From contig OZ024742.1 in the NCBI GenBank assembly GCA_964016885.1, positions 255,564,001-255,628,000 on the forward strand: a stretch of 64,000 nucleotides of DNA. The letters run 5' to 3'. Made by a program: the position numbers and the translations under genes. Positions 54,961 to 64,000 of this stretch are shown piece after piece. Within the stretch, counting starts at the first letter, position 1, and every line of letters begins with the position of its first letter. The notes below the pieces were generated by a model, which saw only the letters and a list, made by a program, of their open reading frames with translations, was not told the origin of the DNA and did not search any database. This stretch comes from Eledone cirrhosa (lineage: Eukaryota).

Positions 54961-55544
54961 CAGTCTATATATTTCACTTTCTCTCTATAACTCTCTGTCT
55001 TTCTCTGACTGAAATCGGCTGTGTTCAAACAGGGAGAGAGAAAGGCGTCATCAGGTTTTAAAATATGCCAAAGAAACGCTATATGCCAATATGGCACCTG
55101 TTTGAAAAAATCAATTTAGAAGGAAATACGTAAATTAGTCACGTTTACATGTCTACTAAATGTTTATAGTATTATACACATTTGTGCAGTCTTGATTAAT
55201 TCTGTACAGTATAGGTACAGATGTAAATTTAACACAACTTTGTATGAAATAGCAAAGATGAGATTTAGGCAATATACATTCCTGCTATTCATGTTCATAA
55301 ATAAATGAAAAATAATTAGTTATATAACTAACATACAATAACGTTACATAACCTCATTTAGTTGTCTCTCCTGTTCCAGGTACTTAATGTTTTATGTCAG
55401 AATTCAATGTGCTTCATATTATTTTTTAGCTCAATGGTCACTGCCTTTGTAAAACATCTGTTATCTGTAACCTGATTCTAAGATCAAATATTTAATTTGT
55501 TATTTACTTCACATCACGTTTCCATTCTCTCTCCAAAGTTGTTG

Positions 55545-55850
55545 TAAGTTAGTGCTGTGTACTATCTAGGTTTGTAGCTGTGTACTATCTAGGTTTGTGA
55601 GCGCAGTATACCGCTTCCTTCCAGGGTTGCGAGGGCAATGTGCCACATTCCTCCAGGTTTGTGAGGGCAGTGTGCTATATCCCCCCAGAGTTGTGATGTA
55701 CAGCGTACCACCTTCCTCCGTGCTTTTGAGAGCAGTGTACCACCTACTTCCAGGGTTGTGAGGGCAGTGTAGTATTTGCCTCCAAGTTCATGGTTTCGCT
55801 GTAGCGATACACAGTGTATCATTTTCCCACAAGCTTGTTCGGATGCTGTA
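55545..55850. repeat. Degenerate ~32-bp minisatellite
   Basis: TCCAGG(G/T)TTGTGAGGGCAGTGT.CCAC repeated ~9 times. Confidence 0.75.
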
Positions 55851-56054
55851 GTGTGGCACAGTGAACCACTATCCATCATCTGTCCCTTTTGCAAACAAAG
55901 ATATGGGTTGTTGTGAAGTCTTTACTGGTCAATTCCTTGATGTTAATCGACCATTTTTTCTTTGGAGGTTCTTGCCTTCTTTCCCTCCTGAACTATTTCC
56001 TGGTGTGGTATCGTGGCCAGTTTATTAGCTCTTGTCCTTTGACCACACCAACAT

Positions 56055-56372
56055 TCTTTTCTTTACAGTAGTTAACAGATCTTCATAGTTGCCGATATGT
56101 TGCCTGGTTGTTCTTTACAGTGGTTAGGTTTGCAAATCTTCATAGTTGCCGACATGTTGCCTGGCTGTTCTTTACAGTGGCTAGGTTAGCAAATCTTCTT
56201 AGTTGCCTACATGTTGCCTGAATGTACCAGAGAGTGGTTAATATATTTTCGTAGCTGCCCACATGATGCCAGGTTGTTCTTTACAATGGTCAATATGTCT
56301 TCATAGCTGCCCACGTCACCTGCTTATACTATATGTCGTTAGCTGGTCTTAGTTGCCTATATTTTGCCTGAT
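56055..56372. repeat. ~45-60 bp minisatellite
   Basis: TTCTTTACAGTGGTTAGGTT.GCAAATCTTCATAGTTGCC.ACATGTTGCCTGG repeated ~6 times. Confidence 0.8.
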
Positions 56373-56769
56373 AGCAATGTGAATGCTTTTAATGCTTATT
56401 TGTTCCGTGAAGAAGAGATCCATGATATTTCTGTAGCATCTAATTTCAAATGTCAGTATTTTCCTTTGTAATTCCAGTGTGAGCGTTCACCTCTCGCAGA
56501 CATATAAAAAGATGAAGAGTACTAGAGCATGCTATTTATCTCCAATAAATCGACCAGTAAATGAATACAGACGATATTTGAAAGAATTTATTTCATGCGC
56601 TTGGCGAACGCGGCTGTTATCAATAAGTAGGACAGTACAGATAAATGCCAGTAAATTTGACTAAAAGAGCAGTTTTAAAATGCTTAGAGGTCTGGAAAAT
56701 TCTAAATTTACAGTAAGACTGTATCAATAATGCTTTCCTACACATTCAAAATTCCACCCTGTTTTCAAA

Positions 56770-56788
56770 ACTGCTGCTCCTGCTAGTG

Positions 56789-56848
<60 letters not shown>

Positions 56849-57164
56849 AAGATAATTATAATGCTGAAGACGATGACGATGATGGTGATGACAATGATGA
56901 TGATGACGATGAGGATGATAGTGATGATGAGGATGATGATGACGTTGTTGATCATGTTGTTGATGATGGTGATGTTGAGGATGAGGACGACGATTATGGC
57001 GACAATAATGATGATAATGATCATGATAATGGTGAGGCGGATGTCGATGATATTGACGATGATGATTATGATAAAGATGTGGCAATGATAATGAAGATGA
57101 TAACGTAGACGATGGTGATGATAACAGCAGCAGCAGTGGCGAGAAGAAGAAGAAAAAGAAGAGC

Positions 57165-57202
<38 letters not shown>

Positions 57203-57305
57203 AAACAACAAAAACAACAACAACAACAATAATAATAATAAGAATAATAAGAATAATTATAATAATAATAATAATAATAACTATAATGATAATAATAATA
57301 ATGTC
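56770..57305. repeat. Serial triplet repeats (CTA)n,(GAT)n,(AAC)n,(AAT)n
   Basis: Direct inspection. Confidence 0.9.
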
Positions 57306-57554
57306 TAATAAAATTAACAAACTTTTGGTTATCAGCGCAATTTCTAGACATATTTGCTTTGAATAGTATTTAATCATGGAATTAGAATTTTGACGTCGGT
57401 GATAGAGCTACTGCCATCAATAGAATGTTCGATTGAAAATAAATGATCAATAGATCAAAGGGAATGGAAGAGAGAAGATTACATGAGAGAGAGAGAGGAG
57501 GAGGAGATGGAGAGGGAGAGAAGGAGTGAGAGAGCAATTGAGGCAGAGGGCATG

Positions 57555-57626
<72 letters not shown>

Positions 57627-57719
57627 ATATATATATATATAAACATATGTATATATATACACACATGCATATATATGAATATATATACACACACATACAG
57701 ATATATATACACATACACA

Positions 57720-57770
<51 letters not shown>

Positions 57771-57881
57771 TTATGCATACACACACGCTCATATATAGAT
57801 ATGTATACATATATACAGTAATGGTAAGGGGCGAGAATTATGCGCATGCAAGTGTGAAAGACTTTAAAGATAATAGTTAGG

Positions 57882-57954
<73 letters not shown>

Positions 57955-59194
57955 GATAGAAGATTTGAGACATACATACACCATCACCCTGTCATTTAAT
58001 CTGCTAATATAGTCATTAAACAACTTTCTAGACTGACGTTAAACATTTTCAAATATAAAATATTCTCTCGCAGCAAATATCGATTTCTTGGAGAGAACAA
58101 AATGTTCCTATCTTTATTCATAGGATTAATGAAAATAAGATGTTATGATATTCATACCTTTCTGTGAAGAATTAGCTGCACAATTTATTCACCTTTGCAA
58201 AGTTTTGTAAGAATTGGCAGATTCGTTAATATGTCGGATTGAATAATTCACAGTACGTATTTCAGCCCTTTGTGGAATATTTCAAATACAGGCGAGACCC
58301 ATTTAGCTTTTCGAGGTCGATAAATAAATCCCCCGCTCTGTACTGGAATCAATCGACAGCTCTCTTACTCTGAAACCGATCAGCTTGTTCAGATTTGTAG
58401 GGGGATGGATTCTCTCAGATATAAATTCCCAAGACAGTCAGAATCCTCAAATTGTCGGTATTTTTTCTGTCTCTCTGTGTTCCGTTTTCAAAACCCACCG
58501 AGATCAGGTTTGTCCTTCATCATTTCGGGAAGTTGTGACAGGCGATTGCTATCAGTAATGGGAATATAATCTTTTTGGTTCAATCAGACAATAAACTCCC
58601 GTTTTCTGCAAGGAATTGAAACCGGCATTTAGTATGAGTAACAGAAAGACCAAAGAAAACATTGTTTCCTTGGTTCAATCTGATGATTGGCTCTTTCCTT
58701 TCATTTTTATTGAAATATGCTAGGCTTTTCATATATATGATTACTCTTACTGAAACTACAATTTCCTATGTTTCATTATAAGACTAATAGAAATAAAAGG
58801 TTTTGATATTTATAAAGAGCTACTCGAGCAAATGTAGACGCATTATAATCGAATAATTAAGAAGTTCAGTTCGCAATCATAAGTACTTAAATATAATTCT
58901 ACTGCGTGGTATCTTGAACAGATGCCGTTTATCATAGTGTCAAATTTATTCAAGACTTGTGAGTGAAATTTGGTAGACGGATGCTGTTAGGAAGGCCCTT
59001 GGATGGACTATAATTGTATCGCAAATGCACAGCCTTGTCACACGCAGTATCACGCTCCAATTACCGGAGAGGCTCAGCTACATACAAATTATTTCCAGGA
59101 GGCTTGAGCGAGACATCTGTCACATTGCTGCACTCCTGTCAGGTGGCAAAAATTGCATCTGTACATTAGATGGGCCAGCATTGTAATATAGAGG

Positions 59195-59334
<140 letters not shown>

Positions 59335-59349
59335 CATACATATATATAT

Positions 59350-59620
<271 letters not shown>

Positions 59621-60082
59621 TTTTGTATCTCAAGCCAAATTTGTATCTCAACCTAGTGGGAGATTGTTACATATAAAAGTTTACATATATATATATATAC
59701 ATACACATACATATACGTGTATACAAATTAAAATGAATAATTAGAAATAGGACTGTCCATCATCAGTGATCTACTAGCCCCCATAGATATTTAGACCAGA
59801 TCTATAGACCAGATACATCCGGCCAGCGCGAACAATAACTAAAATAAGTTATTGGGATAAAAAGAATTGGGTGGAGAAAGAGAGACAAGTGAACACGCAT
59901 GAATGGTGAGGAACGTAAAGACATATATATATATATATATAAGCAGAAGGGATATTCAATTTGTTGGTAATTCAACAAATATAAATGTTTATAACTGATT
60001 CAGCGCACTGAACAGGTTTTTGGAGTATAGTATTCAATGATATTAAATAAATGGAAACTATATTTACAAAACCTTATTTATG

Positions 60083-60136
60083 TTATCACATATATTTCAA
60101 GGGTACCAAAATCTTTGGTACGCTTTCACCAGATAA
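60083..60136 (-). ncRNA. Degenerate hammerhead motif
   Basis: TTAT-CTGGTGA-AAGCGTACCAAA-gat-TTTGGTACCCTT-GAAA-T-ATAT-G-TG-ATAA (A6G; GUG cleavage triplet, probably inactive). Confidence 0.6.
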
Positions 60137-60445
60137 AATACAAAGTGTGTTTTATAAATTTTGACATAGCCAAGGAACATACCTTAATGGTTGAATTTTT
60201 CCTTGGATAGTCATATATATATATAATGAAAATAAAAAGTTACGGGCGAAAGCGTGTATTATCCATCATCAGTTGTCTGCTAGGAATCATCGATATTTAT
60301 TCGCGTTAGAGACAAGATATCTCAACCTGGATAACTAAAATAATTATTGGGATAAAAAGGGGGAGGGAGAGAAAAACATACTTAAACAGACCCGAAAAGT
60401 AAAGCAACCTAAAGAGAGTGAAAAAAATATATATGTATATATGTA

Positions 60446-60530
<85 letters not shown>

Positions 60531-60532
<2 letters not shown>

Positions 60533-60619
60533 CGAAGGAAATGTGGTAAGGAACCAGATGGACTCCAGAATTAGCCGTCGAAACGGCTTGAGCTCAGCCG
60601 TCGTGGTCTTACTCGTTCC

Positions 60620-60622
<3 letters not shown>
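60531..60622. mobile_element. Internally deleted family P1 element
   Basis: Tail start AACGAAGGAAATGTGGTAAGGAACCAGATGGA joined to an arm TCCAGAATTAGCCGTCGAAACGGC...GTTCCTATA; (TA)n on both sides. Confidence 0.85.
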
Positions 60623-60699
<77 letters not shown>

Positions 60700-60822
60700 A
60701 AAAGAGAGAGAGAGGGACAGAGAGAATATAGTAGTTACCGAGGACTGTGTCAATATGCAGTGGGTTTTGACTCAACAAGTCAATCACTTATCACAGTGGT
60801 TCCGGCGTGATCAACCGTAGGT

Positions 60823-60874
60823 ACTCTGAAGGTAAGTGCAAGAGTCTTTGTATATTGGCGAAACACGTGTCAGT
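60823..60874 (+). ncRNA. Degenerate minimal hammerhead motif
   Basis: ACT-CTGAAGG-...TGCAAGA..TCTTTGTA...-GAAAC-ACGT-GTC-AGT; palindromic tetraloop. Confidence 0.6.
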
Positions 60875-60982
60875 TATGTAATAAATATTAGTCCTTTAAC
60901 TGTGAACATGATGTATTCGCCGGATATATTATACACACACACACACACACACACATATGTATATATACATACACACACACAC

Positions 60983-61058
<76 letters not shown>

Positions 61059-61387
61059 TTATAATGGCAAGTAATAATATTTTGTCACCACAGATTTCTG
61101 TAACATTATTTATTCATAGTAAATATGATTTTATTTTCTGGAGTCTAGATTTTTCTTTTTTACGGTGTTGGTGTGTGTGTATGAGCATACTTGTGATAGT
61201 GTAATGAGTGTAAATGTGTGTGTGTGTGAGTGTGTGAGGGTTTGTGTTGTATCCTAAATAGAATAATTACCTTTCTTGTTTTCCTGTCTAGTCATGCTAA
61301 AACACTTAACATCCAGTTACTATTATGTTAGAGAATATTATAACTACAATGTATTGAGGGAAAGCTTATATATATATATAATGTGTA

Positions 61388-61433
<46 letters not shown>

Positions 61434-61441
61434 AAGATCGG

Positions 61442-61510
<69 letters not shown>

Positions 61511-61776
61511 TATATGTTTATATGTATATATTCATATATATTACCTTTATATCGTTATATTATACACTTCCCTCAGCCTCAACTATCTATTAAGCTATTG
61601 CGTTTATGACGATATTATCTTCTATCCTATTATTTCATATGCGTGTTTTGGTCTGCTGTAGAGTTCATTAATTCTTCAATATCTGAAAGTCAGTGTTTGA
61701 CCCAATTTCTCTCTATTTCTTTATCTAACATCATTTAGGTATGTATGCATCTAAGTATCTGTCCTTTAATCTACAC

Positions 61777-61825
<49 letters not shown>

Positions 61826-62014
61826 CATATATATCTTGTATGTATACAGACAAATATATATATATGCCTGTATACATACACACACACATATATATATGTA
61901 TATATATATATATATATATAAATATAAATAAATAAATAAATAAATATATATATATATAAATATAAATATAAATATAAATAAATAAATAAATAAATATATA
62001 TATATATATATATA

Positions 62015-62918
62015 TGATCATCATCAAGTATTGGAAAGCTAGTACAATGCGGTGGAAATATATAAAGGAAAAATGATGACAATTAAAACAAAACAAAGTA
62101 ATGTTTTTCTTGCACACTGTATTTCAACAGAAAAACCTCAAATGCATAACAACAACACCAATGAATGATGCTACACAAAAACGAACAATGAGTTCTTCCT
62201 TAACTGATACAAGTATCCTCATGAAGCATGCACGGATCAATCACAGAAGCCACTCTGCTCCATGTAGTTCTGTTTTATTGTTTATTTGTGGCTTCTTTTT
62301 GTTGGAGATTAGAGTCGCTTTAATTCTTAAATTCCCCACACGCCTTTCCATCACTTCTATGGTGACCTCAATGTTTCGGTAGAAACATTTGTCAAATTGT
62401 TTTTTTTTTATAGATGAAGCTCTCATTTTTATGTGTTCCTTGATCCGTATGTGCAGCATCTAAACGGTACTTCCAATGTACGAAGAGCCACATTGTATAC
62501 ACGTGATCCAGTAGACTACATACTCAGTCATGCACATATATACGCTGTTGATAGGAGAGTTAGGAATTGTGCGTAGGTCGTTGTATGCAGGTTGAGGTTT
62601 GTATAGTAGTCTTCTTAAGGAAAGTCCCGAATGTACCAGCTATATCATCAGGCCCTTCCTATGAAGGGCTGCGATCCTCTTCTCTATGTAGTCCAGCATC
62701 TTTAAGTAGCATATGCTATCTCTAGGGGTGTATGACCTCCTTCTACTTTTCGTAGGTGCCTTGACATTTGGGTATTTGTTGAAAGACGTTAATAGCCGTT
62801 CTCTATGAGAACTCCTTTGAATTATTTCGTGTTGGTGTGTGTGTAGCCACCTTTGCTTCATCTGTGGGTTGTTGGGTTGGAATATGGAGAACGAACTAAA
62901 TCTAGTAGTAGTAGTAGC

Positions 62919-62956
<38 letters not shown>

Positions 62957-63600
62957 CGACAACTGTGGTGATTGAAACGGCCATATTGGCTGTAGTAGTG
63001 GTGAAAATGGCCGTAAGAGCTACAAACCGCTTCAATTGATATGCCTATCTACAGTGGTCGGCCTCTATATTGAGTTCCACTTTCAGGGTGTAACATTGAC
63101 CTACAAGGAATTTTGACCCACAGCTTAGTAGGTCCAATTCTTTAGTTGTGAGGTAGCCAGATAGATCGAGTACACGTGGTTTGTTTGTAGTATTATTAGT
63201 GTCAATAGTTCCATCTTGGTTGTTGTAATTTCCGTTAGAACGCTGGTTCCTGGTGTTGGATGTATTAGCCTTGCTGCCACAGTAAACAGAGCCGTGGTAG
63301 TGTTTGTTTAGACTCCATTGGAACTTGCATAGGATGCAGTTTTTTTCACGTGCAAATCGATTTTGATAGCATACCTTAATCTTGTCGTGTAGTTTGAAAC
63401 GGCAAGGAAGCTTAGCTTGTAGAGCAGATATATCTATCTTGTGTTGTTTGAATTCTTTTTGTAGTTGTCTAAGGAGATTTTTTTTTGATGAAGATGTGTA
63501 TGAAGTGGCATGAAGACTTGAAACTAGATCAAAGCATTTATATAGATGTATGTTCCTCATAGTGTTATGAATGATATAGAGGCCAACGGCATATAAGTTG
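62015..63600 (-). mobile_element. Decayed PLE of a second type, with N-terminal domain and GIY-YIG but no RT core
   Basis: RVLDLSGYLTTKELDLLSCGSKF (PLE N-terminal motif); CMTEYVVYWITCIQCGSSYIGSTV*MLHIRIKEH (GIY-YIG); no YxDD motif between them; 3' end abuts (TA)n. Confidence 0.75.
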
Positions 63601-63848
63601 AAGTGGATAACTGCTCTTACATTAATTCACACAGCTACCACAGCCGCTGTCACCACTGTTGTAGTCAACACGACCCTCGCCAACACCACTGCTGTCGCAT
63701 CTACAACTATACTTCTTCCATCTATCCTCACTCTACTTTCAGACTGAATTCATTTAATTAGATTTTTCTTAATACATTTATACACTTTATATATTTGTAC
63801 ACAAATTTCCCTGTCACGAGACGGATATCATCTTCCCTCCCCTCTCTT

Positions 63849-63950
<102 letters not shown>

Positions 63951-64000
63951 CCTTTCATATATATATGCGAATAAATTTTAGTAGAAGTAGAAGAACGCGT

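Noticed and set aside
50145-56660. Candidate splice acceptors (..CTGCAG at 50160, ..TTCCAG at 55379 and 56477)
   Set aside because: Downstream frames are short, unrecognisable and lack consistent donors; no host gene can be supported
60083-60874. A-to-G changes in HHR cores as an ADAR-editing signature
   Set aside because: Only three sites; other cores show C-T, G-A and T-C changes, consistent with ordinary transition decay

Overview
AT-rich, microsatellite-dense animal DNA. The SINE and repeat families suggest a coleoid cephalopod such as Octopus (inference). I found no convincing host protein-coding exon, rRNA, tRNA gene or CRISPR array, and most ORFs in the track are translations of (TA)n/(CA)n/triplet repeats. 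The window is dominated by decayed transposons. These include Penelope-like retroelements (PLEs: one near-full-length frameshifted Naiad-type RT+GIY-YIG element at 40051-44138, a truncated one with ~1.1-kb inverted arms at 21981-25470, an RT remnant at ~1330-2080 and an RT-deleted element at 62015-63600), a Tx1/L1-clade LINE, two R4/Dong-clade LINEs, RTE remnants, a non-autonomous Helitron, a mariner fragment, ~18 copies of one tRNA-derived SINE, and several minisatellites. The most striking structure is a dense set of type I hammerhead ribozyme (HHR) motifs at PLE 3' ends, together with many ~120-400 bp palindromes at (TA)n tracts. Several palindromes fold back inside hammerhead stem II, so both arms carry only the GAAA-stemIII-NUH half of the ribozyme. 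One palindrome captured inverted flanking DNA, one has a U3-A8 covariant core, and unalignable families share a GAGTRCT tail motif. All folds and alignments were done by eye.
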